This document shows positions 13,561 through 29,169 of a stretch of 64,000 nucleotides of DNA, in pieces (within the stretch, counting starts at the first letter, position 1; each line of letters starts with the position of its first letter). The position numbers and the translations under genes were made by a program. Location: the NCBI GenBank assembly GCA_012295275.1, contig CM022665.1:1054001-1118000 (forward strand), written 5' to 3'. The notes beneath the pieces were generated by a model. The model was not told the DNA's origin, searched no databases, and saw only the letters and a list, made by a program, of their open reading frames with translations. This DNA is from Chrysomallon squamiferum. Its lineage: Eukaryota; Animalia; Mollusca.

Positions 13561-15724
13561 CTTCTAATTTCGCTATTCTAAATTGACATTTTATATATTT
13601 CTTTAGACTGTATTCTATATTTCATTGCTGTTTGCAAAACAAATTGGTCTCGTGAGAATTCTTGGTTAATGGCAGAATATTAAATATAATCTAAAATCAA
13701 GTTACAAATCTCAGTGCGAAATATTATAATGACAGTTGACATCTGACCCATTCCTTCCTAACTAATGTTGTTTATTGAAATGCGACCATCAGAGAAAAAT
13801 AATACCATATTGCTTTATATAAACAGTGTCCGCTGGAGATAACATGTGTATAGAATTAATTAATATGGCGTTTATAAGGTCGATAATCAGCATCAACTAC
13901 TACAGTTTCAAGTGCGTTTGGTGATTTATATATTGAAAACCTCGATAAAACAGTCACTGAGTACAGATATATAGCTGATAACTTGTAATTTGGAATTTTT
14001 CCAGTCGAAAACTGAGATGTGTTTTGGAGAAAAGCTGCAGAGTAAGAAGCAAATAGACGTTACTGCGCGGAATCAATTTAGGGATATTGACTGTAGACAA
14101 TGTTCTGCAACCTACAGCTTTTGTTTGAATCTGTGCACTGATTTATTAGGCACACAGACAATGTTGTTCTGCACTCTTGCTGAAGCGTTGTGTTTGAGCT
14201 ATTCTTTTACTGCTTGATTATACCGAGGAAGTTAATGGCTAAATTAATGGGTAAATTAATGGGTAAACGAACGAATTTGTGAATAAATGGATAAACAAAC
14301 AAAGATAAGTTAACTGATATTAGACATATGTAACAAACTAGAACAAATTAATTTGTTTAATGATGATGATGACAATGATTTTTGAAAGAAAGAAAATATG
14401 AACATGGGGAGATTAAGGATTTCCGAAAAGGGATGGGATACTCCATAGCGATGGACATAGTTTTCTACATGTAAATTAATGAGTTTCTTTATAAAAAAAA
14501 ATGTAAAAGAAAAAAAAAACAATAAAAAACCCACTATATTCCTCATCGTCAAGAAAAAAAAAAAAACATGTTGTGGTGTTGGTTGGTTTTTTGCACCGTA
14601 TAGGCACAGTATTCAGTCTACTTGCGATAAAGAAAAGAGATCACTATAAAAATGAGAAAGAGAGAATGAGAGATAAAAATTGAGGATCAAACACAAACTA
14701 TCGATTTTTTAAAGGCGATGCTCTTTAAATTCCATCACCAGCATTATGTTGCGCGTCTAATGTACAAAGCAAAACAAATGCATTATGACATCAAGTTTGA
14801 TATTTAACTCGATGAGCTTGCCTTTAATTATAATCACACGATCTTCTCAGAGTATAACATTATTGTGTTTCTATAGCTTTTGTCTTCGTGTGATGATTAA
14901 TTAAATACGTTTATTAGTCATCAGCTATCGATATTGGCTCAAATGAGCTGCACCTGTGACAGACTGTCGTTAACATACTCACATATCACTTTCTAATTAA
15001 ACTCAAAATATCAGATCTTGGCGTGAAGAATCAGTTTACTGTCCGAATTATTTTACTTTCATACTTTGCTTTACAATAGAATATATATTTTCGCAAAAAA
15101 GAAGAAAGCTTTGAAGGACAGAAAAACGATTCTGGTATCAGATTTCTTAAAACTATTTGTGCCATATTAGATACACATATTATTTTTTGTATAGTTTTTC
15201 ATACGTCATAATAGATGTTCAGCTTGATACATTTTTAACTTACTTACTTGTTTCTGATATAAATATGTTAACTGCGAAACAATAACTAAACTCGAAGTAG
15301 GTTTAGGAACATTTCGTCATTTTCCTCTCCAAAAACAATGCGAACTGTTTTGCCAAATGTACAACTATTACTCCAAGGAAAAGAACAATTATCTAAGGAA
15401 ATGGACCATAAAATATATTTAATAAATATTCAATTCACATTTTTTTTAAAAAGTAGAAGAAACAAAGAAAAATGTTGACCAAGTTTTTATCAGTCACTGA
15501 AAATATGCAGGCGAACGCAAAGCTTCATTTTCGTTCCAGTGCACAGAATTACAGAACAGGACCTATTTTGGGCCAACACGTCTGCATCGATTATATGACA
15601 ACTTCATTTCAATAGGAATTTTAAATTATTATTACTGTTTGAAAGATGAAGTATAAAATAATATTTATTCAACATGATCCATTTCATTGACATGAATGTT
15701 TTCGTGGAAATAATAGTCCTGTCC

Positions 15725-15840
15725 ATACAACGGATATAGCGCTTATGACACGCAGTGAAATTGCGCCCCTTTCCAGATAACATTTTTCATTTGACTTTGC
15801 CATAAAATCAGCTCAAATCAGTCAAGTTTAACATAACGTG
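15725..15840 (-). repeat. Interspersed repeat fragment (copy B)
   Basis: Near-identical 34-bp core plus weaker flanking similarity (aggggcgcaatttcactgc vs aggggtgcagtttcgctgc) to copy A. Confidence 0.7.
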
Positions 15841-17083
15841 ACGGCCAGGCACGCGCCATATTGCCATAGTACGCCATTGGTTCCGTGATTTCCACAAAAA
15901 GTTTCGGGCATCCGTCGCACTCGTCCAGCAAAATCCAAAAGCAGCGTGTGATATCACGTGATCAACAAAACGAAACAGAGATACAAAATGTCGCCGGTTT
16001 TAAAATGAGCTTGATGAAAATGTCACAGCTTTACGATATGATTGTGTGATGTTGCGATTTCCTGGTTACAAAACCTCTGTAAATAACGTTGAATAAATTA
16101 TACACATATTACTGGAGAATTTTATTGATATTATCATCAGAAACAGTTTAAAGATTTTAATAATTTCGTAAAAACATACATATATGATAATAATAAGAAG
16201 AAGAAGAAGAAGAAAAACAACAAAAACAAATAAAATCACGTAATCAGAAGCGACCTATCTTACTCCGAAACATTAATTTTAAACCTAGGTCATGAAATTA
16301 TAAATATATCTCCTTGTCCTTTTAAATCATTTTAGATTAAATTTAATTTCTGTTAGCATTATCGATTTACTCTTTTTTATACATAAGATTCCAAATTGAT
16401 AAAGATAACCTCAGCGAAGTAATTACATCATATTTATTTAATTTTTTTTTTTTTTTTTTCTGGTGCTATATATTGAAACACATATGGTAGATGGTAGAAG
16501 AAAAAGGATGAAAAATATTTGCATATATATATATATAACACTAATCTTTTTTTGTTTTTCTTATTTTTTTTTTTTTTTTTTGTAAGAACATAAAACGAAA
16601 ACAATTTCAATGTCAAACATATGGTTTGCTTTATTAAGACGAGAAAAGAAATTCACGGACTTTCACTGAGAGCAACAGGTTTTTTGTGGAAAGTTTCCAA
16701 ATAAAATAAAATAATAAATCATAGTCTTTACTAAGTCAGTGCAGCTCTGTAGGGTTGGAAAATAAGGGCGCAATCAAGAGCAACAATTCTGCGTGGCATT
16801 ACATCGTAAACCAGCTCTCTAATGTTCATCGAACACAAAATATCACACAGTACTAATTTATAAAAACATTTTAATTATGTTTTGTTTTTGTAAGTTAGAT
16901 TTATATACACTATTGTTTTAAAGTTTTTGCCGTAAAATAAAAAAATAAACACTGCATCGTTTTATAATTTCTGTTTTCTCCATGACCGAAAAATATATAA
17001 TATAGGCTCTCACTGATCTACATTAAATACGTCTGCAGGAAAACAAAGGGGAAGAGAAATACATGTGAGCAAATTCATCTTAC

Positions 17084-17420
17084 CTTTTGGCCCCGGAGAT
17101 AGATCAACTGGTTGTCGTTGGTGCGGATTCGCCAAGGGAGAGAGTTACTGCTGCAGAGGCACAAAAGAGAAGAAAAGAACACGTGACTCCAGGTGCTATT
17201 CAGATGTCGTTATCTAATCCTGCGCTTCCAAGACTTTTGTACCCGGAGTTTGGCGCTCTTGACAGATACGAGTCCTCGACCAATCTGCGATAATCGAAAT
17301 GGACACTTAACAAACAGCGCTCCAATCGCTACAAACGCCTTCGCAAAAATGCGTTCCCAAAAGTTTATCGATTTTATTTGACCAAACCTCCAAGTCAAGC
17401 AGTTCCATCTGTGCATTCGC
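17084..17420 (-). other. Candidate non-coding/5' UTR exon (GC- and CpG-rich island)
   Basis: Locally GC-rich block ending at a consensus donor AAG|gtaaga (17083 downward on -); no recognisable protein in any frame. Confidence 0.3.
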
Positions 17421-20297
17421 TGGAATTCTTACTTATTTCTACAGTTTGTGGATGTGTATACAGTTACCAGTAGGATCTGTCTTTTTCACTTTCTTTCTCT
17501 AGCTCCATGTGTCTTAATCTCTCTCTTTTTGCCCACTCTATGCAAATACATCAGTGTGTACACTAATACGTCTGAATATATGTATTTGCAATTATTTCGA
17601 CATTTGTTTTCTACTATGCTGCTTTTCAATTCATTTTAGCTCAGCGTGTACATTTACTCGAAGACTTTATTCGATTTACATTCACTGTATTTACTTGTTT
17701 CAAGTACTTTACAATAAATGAATTTCTGTCATTCTTGTTCTTAACAAATATGTATTCCGTATTAATAATTAACTATTTTTCTGTTTAAATGTATAAATCG
17801 TATATTCGCTTTCTCGGTTTAAAATCATATTTAATTTTCAAATCATACAGAAAGTTTCAAAAACCTTTTCGATATTACGGCGTGTGGAATTAATCTATAA
17901 AAGAACTTTCGTTTGGCGTGTTTCGTAAATTCTGTACACAAGGTCTTTTTCTTCGCTGCATATTTTTGTTCATTGCCCTTCAGTCTGAAATAAACCTTCA
18001 CCAAAGACTCAGTATTTATCCACTTTGTTAGAACATACTTTTAAAAAAAAATGTATGTATTTTTATTTCAAAGATTCTGGTTATTGTTTTCGTCGATGTA
18101 ACTCTTTGTAACTTTATTCTGAATAGGAAACAATGTCTATAGTATATTTTTTACGACTTAACCTTGTCCGCCGACTGATTAATTAAGTTTTGACACATCA
18201 AACTGATTTTCTGAAGAAACTAATTTAAGTTTTGGCTATTACTATATTATGATGACACTGATGATTATATTAAAGAAAAATACAATCGAAAATTGTATAC
18301 AGTCAAATGTTCACGACATATATATAAATATACGTAGCTATTTATGTATGACAGTTCACCATAACGCTAATGCAAGATATTATGGTTACAGAGTAACGTA
18401 CTAGTGAAATTAAACGAATTAAAATATTTCAGAATTTTTTTTGTTTTGATCTTCTATACCTTTAAGCTATCGTGGTTAAAAAATAACATTTAAGGAGAAA
18501 GAATCGAGGCTGAATGTCTGCCAACTCGTAGCAGCAAGCAGGTTTTTATGGCGTAAAAACGTAATTAAATTTCGGTAGTGGGTTATTTATTTTAAGTTCA
18601 GTTTGCAAAATTTGTTTACAAACATAAAAAATATAAAATAATGATAATAAAATAGGATACGCACGTATATATACACACACACACACACACATATATATAA
18701 GCATATATATATATATAAAACACACACACACACACACACACACAAATACACACAGACATATATAGAATTCATAAAGTGAAAAGGGTTTTAAAATGAAACT
18801 ATAACTCTAGTACTGAATTGTGTCTTCTGTTATATGTAATGAGGCATTTTACATGCTTTGTATTTTATCACAGCATGTTTAATTTTACGAGCTTTTCTCG
18901 TTACAGAAACCAGTTTTCTTGTACAAAATCATCTGCATGACAGATACCTATTAATTCTTAACTAACGATGTTTCCTCTCAGTCCTTAATTAAAAAATAAA
19001 TTAGTAAGCATAGAGAAATCTCATCTTGAAACAGATTGACTAGTAACATCACTTTTCAAATTATTGTCACATGCACTGAAAAAGGAATATACATATATAT
19101 ATATATATATATAAAATCGTTATTGTGTTGAGCGTAATTTGGCTTGTTTAAGTAATATGAAGTACACATAAAGATAAATCACGTGATGAAGAAGACTCGT
19201 GAAAAATACGTATATGTTATTTTAATTTCAATTAATAATGACTTTTAATAAGGAATTTTATGTAAAAATAGGCATATAATTTAACTATTTAGCAGCCATA
19301 AAGAGTTTTTCTGAATTCATATATATATATATATAAATGTTCACTAAATGAATTATTCTGTTTAATTATTATGACCTCGGGAACAGTATTAATGTTCCTC
19401 GAATTTATAGCATGTGTATGGATTAATCCAAAGTAACTGGCGTAAATCAAACATAAATCACTTACTAAGGAATTGTGATGAACACCTAGTATTTTCTAAC
19501 TATTCTAAATTAGACGACAGTGATGAAAATCCAGTAGAAGATTTTGCTGTACAGTTAATACGTGTGTCCAGTCGACCATGTGAGACATATAATACCACAA
19601 ATCTAAACGACAGTAGTCTAGAATTTAGAATCGATATGGCTCTTAGTGCCAGTACGTTCCGGAAACCAGCGTTTCTCGCTTTCTCTCTATTTTCGCATTA
19701 AAGGAGAAAAATGAAAGGAAATTGACATAGTGGTGATAATGTTTCCCCAAACATAGAAGTGCAGTTGTTTTCTAGCCTCATTAATCTTTACTACCGATTG
19801 TCAAATACGGTATTGATTTATTTTTCTTTGGAAGAATGAACTCATTAATATATAAAGTGTGATAAAAAAAATACAGTAACAATCCCCGTCAGCATTTTCG
19901 ATGATTCACATCGAAGATAAAAATAAACAGAAAGTTCACCCTCTGCAAGATTTCATGATTCGTGAAATAAAAAATAAAAAATAATAGCACCTCACCTCCG
20001 TTTTTTTTTCTGAAATTCAGGGAGGAAGTAAAAAATATAATAACGACCCACTCCAAGATTGTTGTGATCCATACTGGGGGTGGGATACAAAGTGACAACA
20101 AGCCATTTCCATGGGGGTTTTTGTGTGTGATAAAAAAAAAAACATTAAAGTTTTTCTGTCTGACAAAATAACGACAAACTATTTCCACAGGTGTCACAAA
20201 AATAACAAACTGTTTTGTGACGTAGACGTTATAAAATAACAAGAAACCACTGGAAAAAATGCTTTGTAATTCATAAGTGTGATCAAATGTTTTGTAT

Positions 20298-20333
<36 letters not shown>

Positions 20334-20697
20334 CGAGGTGGATGAGTGACAAAAAAATAATAACAACCATCAGCGATTGTTACTTTGTTTTTGTGGTTAT
20401 TGTTGTTGTTGTTATTATCATTATTATTATTATTACTGTCATTATATATATTTGCCTTGTGTTATGTAATTCGCATAAGTAATAAAAGATGATAACAACA
20501 TTTCGTCGATAATAAAATAAAATGATGCAATGCTGCATTTTCAGTGATTCATTCCAATACTCCCCATTTCGCAGTTTCACAATTCGTGTGGGTGATAAAT
20601 ATAAAAATAGTAATTCCTCTCCATAATCTCATGATTTGTGTAGCAATAACAAATCATAAAAGTCCCACTTTCTTCATCGATTCAAAGAGGTTATAAA

Positions 20698-20808
20698 TAA
20701 TAATAATAGTAAAAACAATAATAATAATAATAATGATCATAATAATAACCAATAATAATAATGATGATAATAATAACAATAATAATAATAACAATAATAA
20801 CAATGATG

Positions 20809-20842
<34 letters not shown>

Positions 20843-20857
20843 TGATGATGATGATGA
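20698..20857. repeat. Degenerate (AAT)n/(GAT)n microsatellite
   Basis: Directly visible. Confidence 0.93.
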
Positions 20858-21465
20858 TCGCTGAGCTGGGTTTTTTGTGAATAATCTTGGTAATAGTGTC
20901 AATATATAAGCTGTTATCGGACAAAATTATTTTTATTCATTTAAAGAGTAAATTCAAATTTATTTACTGATTTATATACTGGATTTAATAAAAGCAAAAC
21001 AATACAAACAAACAAACAGAAACGTAAATTTATCTGTGCTACGATCAGAAGAGCATTCTCTAAAACAATAAATAAATAAATAAAAATAAATAAATAAATT
21101 AATTAATTAATAAAGGTTCAAGGATAATTAACCGAAATCGTACAGTATGAACGCACTTTAAATCACTAGGAAATTATAACAGCTGAACTAGCAAGCAATG
21201 CTCAATTGTTATAATGAAGTGTATTAGTTAGTATTCGTGCCATGAATACTGAAATATTTCTTTCTAATTCGGTTGATTTGAACTTCTGCATTTTCTTGAT
21301 GAAATGGACAGAACTGTTTTCTGTATCTCAGAGTAATTAACCAATGCAAGCTATTCTACAGTTAGTGTGTTTTACTAATTTTTAAAATGCAGGTTAAATA
21401 AATTATGATCACACAAATGAGAGAGAGAGAGAGAAAAAAAAAGGAATAGATTACATTTTTTGATT

Positions 21466-21545
21466 AGGATCTTTTATATGTCTTCCCAAAGTCATGGCTA
21501 TATTAAGAACGTTTATAAACCAGTTGTGGTGCAGTGTTTGGAGCT
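21466..21545 (-). mobile_element. Short SINE-like repeat fragment
   Basis: ggatcttttatatgtcttccc...aaaccagttgtggtgcagtg resembles the other copies. Confidence 0.4.
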
Positions 21546-24500
21546 GTTTATATTCCAAACTGAAAAGAACTGATTCTGTAATGAATATATCTGATCATTT
21601 AACTGCAGTCCGCACCACGCTATACTACACAGTTCTCAGGAGAACCCAGCACTGAAATACTAAAGTAACATTGTAACAGATACTTTTAAAACTAACTTCT
21701 TAGTTTCCATAAACCTATTTCTTAGCATGTAATGGAAACAGCAATTTTTATGATGTAGAGTCGTGAGTAGATATATATAATATTAAAAAAATAATAATAG
21801 TCAAAAATTAAAAATCAAATATGAAAGAAGAAGAAGGAAAAAAGAATTAGTAATAACTATAAGTGAATTCGATGACGGTTGTTGAATTGGAAACGAGCTG
21901 CCATTTTCGAGCAGGTTAAAGACAAAATGTGACTCTTTGTGTCAATACAGGCCAGGTCGTGAATTCTGAAATTCATTACGTTTATTAATTATTGCAATGT
22001 GAGAGACACAGTTTCACTCATACAACTGAGAGGAAAGAAAGAGTGAAAAAGCGAGAAACAACGATAAAGAAAAGGGAAAATACAGAGATAAAGAGAACTA
22101 AAAGAACGAAAGAGAAATTTTAAAAATAGTTGGTTATGGCTTCATGGAACTAATAACGTTGAGAACATAGGTGATTCAAAAGTGTGATAGAAAAAGAGGA
22201 AGACAATTCAAAGATTTCGCTTTATACGTTTAAAAGTTTGATGGATAATGTTTGTAAAGGAAGAACACAGGTGAAGCCACAAGAAATTATCCTGCGGCAC
22301 GAAGAATCATTATTAAAATATACTGTGTGGGAGTTTCACGATCTTCTTTCTGTGAAATATATCAGAATTACTTGATATGAAACGAAATAAAAGCAAACAA
22401 AATTTGTTTTCATTAATATGAATGGAACAGTATTCGTTTTAAATGGGAACGGAAATGTTTACAGAAAATATAAAAACGTCATACACACACACACACATGC
22501 ATATATGCTTAAATATATTCAAAGGCTTCTGCACAAATATCCAACCAAACCAACAGTTCATGCTGCTAATCGAAGTTGTCAACAAGCACCAAAGCATCAG
22601 TTACATAATTACTTGAATGCTGTCGGTCAGATGTAATTTACGCCAAATTTAAATATTGTTGGTGTTAATAAGCCTGGATATTTTCGTCTGCATCTGGTTT
22701 AATTAAATAAATAACTCAAAGAACCTGTTAAACAGATACATGTTTAAAATTAAATCAATAAAAAAAGAATAAATCTGAAAGAAAATTAACCAGCACTGTA
22801 TTCATGTCAGGCTTAAGGAAGGTCACGGACGTATCTCATTACGTTAGTCAATAATTAAGATCAGGAGGAACTCTGGAGTGTCTAAATTGCTTCCCTTCAG
22901 CAGAAAAGTCACTTTTGGTGATTCTTAATTGGTGCTGTTTGCAGATAATAAGGAAGAATACGACGACATGTTCATCAACGGCACTGGTGCCAAGTTTAAT
23001 TAGAGACAGGCATTTTTCAGCGCGCATGACCGGATGTTATAAAAAGACTGGCTCTAATGGGTGAGTGAAATGACTACATATGAACTGTGGAAAGACAGTT
23101 TACAGTGTAATAAAAAATCAGTAGGAAAAAAAATTGTAAGAAAGAATCATTTAACAGATTATATATAAGTGATGTATAATATTCACATATGGTCTGACAC
23201 ATATTTTTGGGGTTATTTTAAAAACACAACCGCATGTGAAGCCATTTTTCTGCTTCGAGTATAAGTGCTTTGGAGAAGAACAAAAGAATAAACGAAAGAA
23301 TAGACATCAAAATTTATTTTCAAAAGTTATTCGCGTCTCTTCAGAGCTTATCTAAGGTAAATAAATCACTAAACCCCTCAATTAGGACAACAGAAGAAAG
23401 ATAGTAAAACAAGTTGAATGTGCCTGTGCATACTGTATTTGCACGAGAAGACAGGTCGTGTTCCATTTTCCTCAGTCGCACCATACTGATATAACTTTAG
23501 TTCATAGACTTTTGATCCAAATAAAACAAAACTCTAGTAATTACGTGCTTTGCTTCCATACTTTCGCACTGTTCTTCTTCTGCTTCTCCTTCTTCCTCGT
23601 CTTACCGGGTACCTCTTGGCTGTTTAGAAAATATACAGTGAAGTCTTAACCAAAAATGAACTTACAAATAACATGGACAGACTTTAAAGCTATATTTAAG
23701 ACATTTCTAAAAACAAATTAGATATAAAAAATTAGTACTTTTCTATTTCTAATCTTCATTTCATCTCAGTTTGTCACCTTTCTCTCTCCTCGTTCCTGCC
23801 TCTGATAATGAAACGTAATTAGTATAGTTATTAGTCAAAAACTGCTTCAGTCTCGACATGAAAACTGGTGTCTAACTTTGCCACAAAACGCTTGGCGGAG
23901 CATTTCGACCAGTGTTTGATGTTAATGACGTTTCTGCCAGTGTGGTCCCCCATTTGCTTATCTATTTCCGCTCTAAGTTATTTGACAAAAGCCAATCGAT
24001 CCGGAGGACCAGTGTAAGATATTAAGAGCTTTCTCTGTCTATCCATCAACAGCGTCCAGAGGCGAGCTGTGCCAAAATTGCTTAACATTCTATTACTACA
24101 GAGATAATCAGAAAAGTCCTGTACATTGTTTTTATTGGCTTCATGATCACTTGTGCTTGTGGGCAACTGAACTTGTTAAATCATAGTTCACTGACAACGC
24201 TAAGCTATTATTATTGTTTATTACTGTTTATTATTATTATTATTATCATCTTCATAATTCTAACACAGAAAATAGAGCCTGCTAATAACAGCAAACACTA
24301 CATAGGACAAAGAAATTACGAAAGTTTTATTTTGTTATACATACAGAACATCTTAGAATAGTAGAATGATGAAGTTTTAGTTTACTCTCTAAAGGTTTTA
24401 ATATTGTAACCGGAATTATAATTTATCCATCTATCTGTGCATTATTATTCAGAGGTTTCTAGTAATTTAGAATTTGTTGTTGCTAAAATATATTTTTAAA

Positions 24501-24946
24501 AGCCAGTACACACACGCACACACGTACATATAAGAAATACATGATAGATTACTGTCTTAAAATATCTGCCGAACTGCAACGAACCATTCGAGCTGAGCAC
24601 GACATAGCTAATATCTTAAGACAGTAATGGTTTATTTCTTTTATCCTGCAGACATAAATAATACAAAAACTAAATGAAATTAACTATTTTATATCTCAAT
24701 TCACCACTCTCGATAGTAGTAGATTCACTCACAGGCCTATTGATTTCGTTGTCGCTAAACATCAAAACAAAACTGTTCTTAAATAACAACAATTCATTTG
24801 TTATTTTTTAAATGATAACTGTTTTCAGCTCAACACTTGGATACCAATTATTACACTTACTTCGTTGTTTTTTCTTTAAACCGCCAGACCAAAGCAGCTT
24901 TGCTACCTAGCATCCCTTTTTGGTGCTCAGTATTGAAGACAGAATT

Positions 24947-25098
<152 letters not shown>

Positions 25099-25252
25099 CA
25101 GTGTATGTGCGTGAGTGTAATACATTTGATATATTGACTCTCCTCCAAAACACTGCATAGCTGTCTGGCCCCCTCTCTCCAAAAGGTTGCCGACCCCTGA
25201 TCTAATCCAACAATTAAGCAAACAAGCAACTTTGAAATATACCTATATATAA

Positions 25253-25296
<44 letters not shown>

Positions 25297-25854
25297 ACAA
25301 GTAATAATGGTCAGTTCTCGAAAATATAGAAATTTATATATTATTATTATTATTAACGATGTTTTCTTTGTATTACGTAATCTGTTTATCACTATTTATT
25401 AATTTTACTAAAAAGAAACTAAATTAATGGATAATAACTATTCTTCTCTGCCATCAACTGATAATAAATGAGAGTCTATGCCAGGTAGGTTATTACAGCT
25501 AAATCTAATCAGAATTCATAATTACGAGATGTTTTCGTTATTTTAGTTGTTGAAGTTGTTCTCGTCACTTATATTCTAAAGACTATATTGTTCAAATGGC
25601 AGATATGTATGATAAAACTAATCATAATTAGATAAGTTTTAATTATTAGAAGTTAATATTTATGAAACCGGCATGTTAAATGACATTTCTTTTATTAAAT
25701 AATTATAAAAATACTTAATTTAGAGGTAGAAAAGGAAGGAACAGATATTGTATTTAGAGACATTTTTAATTTTTATTTATTTATTTCTTTTTTTATCTAT
25801 CATCAAGTTTCGTCTTATATGGGAAAAAAATCATACAGGTAATCAGAAAATATA

Positions 25855-26055
25855 AATCCAATGCGACTGGCTACTCTTTCCATTTATCAGCAAGAGATCA
25901 GTTTACTTGCACCTTCCCACAGAAAGGCAATAACATAGCAAAGCCTTTGATAAATGGGTTGTAGCGATCAGTCAATGAGTACATTGAACAGGATTAATCT
26001 TCTGAACTGTCGTAGTCCAGTTCTATATTCTAACCAGTGAACCACATGCATCACC
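25855..26055 (-). mobile_element. Decayed SINE-like repeat copy
   Basis: ggctactctttccatttatcagcaagagatcagtttacttgcaccttcccacag...gcctttgata resembles the other copies. Confidence 0.5.
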
Positions 26056-26526
26056 TAACTTTAACACACACACCTAAAGTTATTATAATTCTGTAGTTCC
26101 CAATGTTTTGGTATAATGTACAAATATTTACTATTAACATGATTATTTAATTATTCTTAGAGTTTTCTAACATTTTCTAGAAAAAGCCACTAACTAATTT
26201 ACAGACTTATGAGAAAGTAATGTATGTGTAATTATCTGTTTGTTGGTAATGAGACAGTTCTGATGACAGTACTAAGTAGTTAATTAATTAGTGAAATGGG
26301 ATGAACATCCGATGTTTAATTACTTGTTTACAATAATAACTAACAAAATTAAACAAATGGTTAATAATAAAAAATAATAATACATAATTAGATGAAGTAA
26401 TTGTGGCCATACACTAACTTTAATTATAAAAGCTGATGTACACATTGCTACTATAATATACAGACTTTTTTCTTTCTTTCTTTTTCTTATATTCAACATG
26501 TCTGAGTTTATTAGTTTTAAATGTTA

Positions 26527-26558
<32 letters not shown>

Positions 26559-27156
26559 TATACTGCTATAATAAAGTCACAAATAAATTAAGAACTAAAT
26601 TAATTTTATTTAACCGATGTATAATTTTCAACGTTCATCTTGATGACTATGGGAACATGCACAAACAGATGCACAATTTCGCATGCAGTTACAAACATCC
26701 ATAATTCTGTGTGCTTATATGCGAATGTGGGCACACACCAATATTACTGAATATATTTAATCTCGAAAAATCGAAAAATTATGTTTTTAAATTTTCTAAT
26801 ACAAAAACTGACAACAATCTGCAAACAGCAATATTTTATTTTATTTGCGTTTCTACTTTTCTAACTTATTTTTTTCTCTTCCCAAGCATTCGAAAGCAGT
26901 GAAAATATCCACAAACAAGTATTGATTTCGTACTTATTTTTGTCAGATACCTGGAATATTGCACGTTCAGTTCTGTCTAAATTCTATTTACATACGACCA
27001 CATTATATCGTGTAAAGGATGTTGTGCAAACATCATTATCAAAGCAGGAACGGTATTATAATAATGATTTAAATTATTTCTTAAAATATAGAGCTCAACA
27101 TTGGAGCATTAACCGGAATTAAACTCATCGTGACCAGTGAAGTACATGTCCGTATA

Positions 27157-27159
<3 letters not shown>

Positions 27160-27218
<59 letters not shown>
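27160..27218. repeat. (ATT)n microsatellite
   Basis: Directly visible. Confidence 0.95.
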
Positions 27219-29169
27219 GAGAAACTTACAACGTTTGTCTCGATATTTTTCTTGCTTCAAAATATACATTTGTTGTACAATTCAGCCTACTTATATATTT
27301 TTGTGTCAAATTATTTCACGAATAGTTGCTTGAAAATGTTTTTACAAGTCGTATGTGCTTATATATATATATATATATATGATAACTAAGACATTGATTC
27401 AATGTCTTCGTTTCGAGCTAACAGGGATGGATCTGTGTGTCTTTATAGGCAGATGTGTTACGTATGTAAATGCATAAAGTTACATTACATTATGCAAAAT
27501 CGGCAGGTTTGTGTTTAATGAATATGTTTCATGGTATTATGCAAGATGTTATTAAGTTTACGACTGCCAGGGCTAACATGCAGGACCATACAGTTATTGG
27601 AATAGCTCTAAGTGAACAGTGTAAATAACACGTTTACTCTACGCATCTTGGTACTTTCCATCAGGTGAGAAAGGTCTAAAGATTTTTTTTTTTTAAATGT
27701 TTTATTAAAAGACCTATGACGATATAACTATGTATGATTCTACAATTCAGTAGTTTACAAAACAAAACAATACAATAAATAAATAAAATTAATAAAATTA
27801 AATGAAATATAATTTAAAATAAAAATGTTTTCTTTCATTTTTTTGTTAAAAACATTTTCTAACTTCTTCCGTGATTTTTCGCGCTATATGTCATGTCAGT
27901 ATTAGTTTTTCTGGTCTTATTGAAAGTGTTAAATGAACCATTATTCGCAGTTTTTAAATATATTTATGTATTCTTTTATTAATGTTTTCTTTAAATGCTC
28001 TTATTTGCCGCAAAAAAAAAAAAAAAAAAAAATGTAAATATATATATATATATAAAATAAGAAATAAAACAAAATTAAACCAACAAATGTTACAGATAAA
28101 AGAAAGTAAAGAATTAAATATGGATTTTATGGGTAATCTATAAAATATGATTATCTAGGGCTTTTCTCTTAACGTTCTACAGTAAACCAGTTTGGTCACG
28201 ATAGTTTCAATCTAGGCTAAAGGGTAATTTTAAAAGAGTCTTTAAAATCTTATACTTTTCAGTAACATAAAACAGTCCGTTGAGGTTACATTTTCAGATG
28301 TCCACTGGTATTAAATGGTTCGTTTCTATAAAATTGTCTGCTAATGATTAATAGTTATTACTAATATCTAAATACCATACCATCGATTTTTCACTAAAAG
28401 TAATATCATAATTCTTTGTAAGTGACAGAATGTAAAAACAGTGCGTATTAAAAACACGACGGACCAGGCATTTCTGGTTTAAACTAAGCTCGCGCATTAG
28501 AGACAGCTGAGACCTCTGCCTTAATTCTGTTTAAGTATCTAATCACAAACAAATATTCACATCCACTGCCACACCCACACGCAAGCATCTGGAACTAGAA
28601 AATTGCTAAAATAATTAACGTTAAGCCCATAATACAGTCAAACCATCGTCTGTTTATCAGTTTCAGAAACGTGGGCATTGCCTACAGCCAAACTGAACTT
28701 TCATGTTACTTTCTTATCGATATTAAACAAAATAAGATGTTCCGGTTCATGTACCCTGTTCCTTATCATCCGTCTCTAGAGAAACCTTGAAAACGAAATT
28801 ACAACAATGATTTGATTCCGAAAGCAGGTGCAATTTTATTACTGTCCTATCGATTCTTTTTCTTTAGTGGATTAGAAAGCATATCACACATCTTAATTAC
28901 AATGTCGATATATAATAAATAGATCATAAATTTTGATCTATCGATCAATTATCTGGTTCACGGACAATAAAATAACAAAAATAAAACATAATTAGGGCTA
29001 TCTGTCAACAGATGATAAATATTCATTTACACTGTTATCGAATCGAGCCAGATAAAAACCGAGTCTATTTTATTTATTTTTAAATCATACCTCTTCCAGT
29101 ATTATTGTTTTTAAATAAAAATAACCAGAAATCTGACATCATACATGTCATATACAACATACACAAGGA

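Noticed and set aside
22946-23003. Exon-like segment on + (NKEEYDDMFINGTGAKFN*)
   Set aside because: Isolated, with no partner exons or homology.
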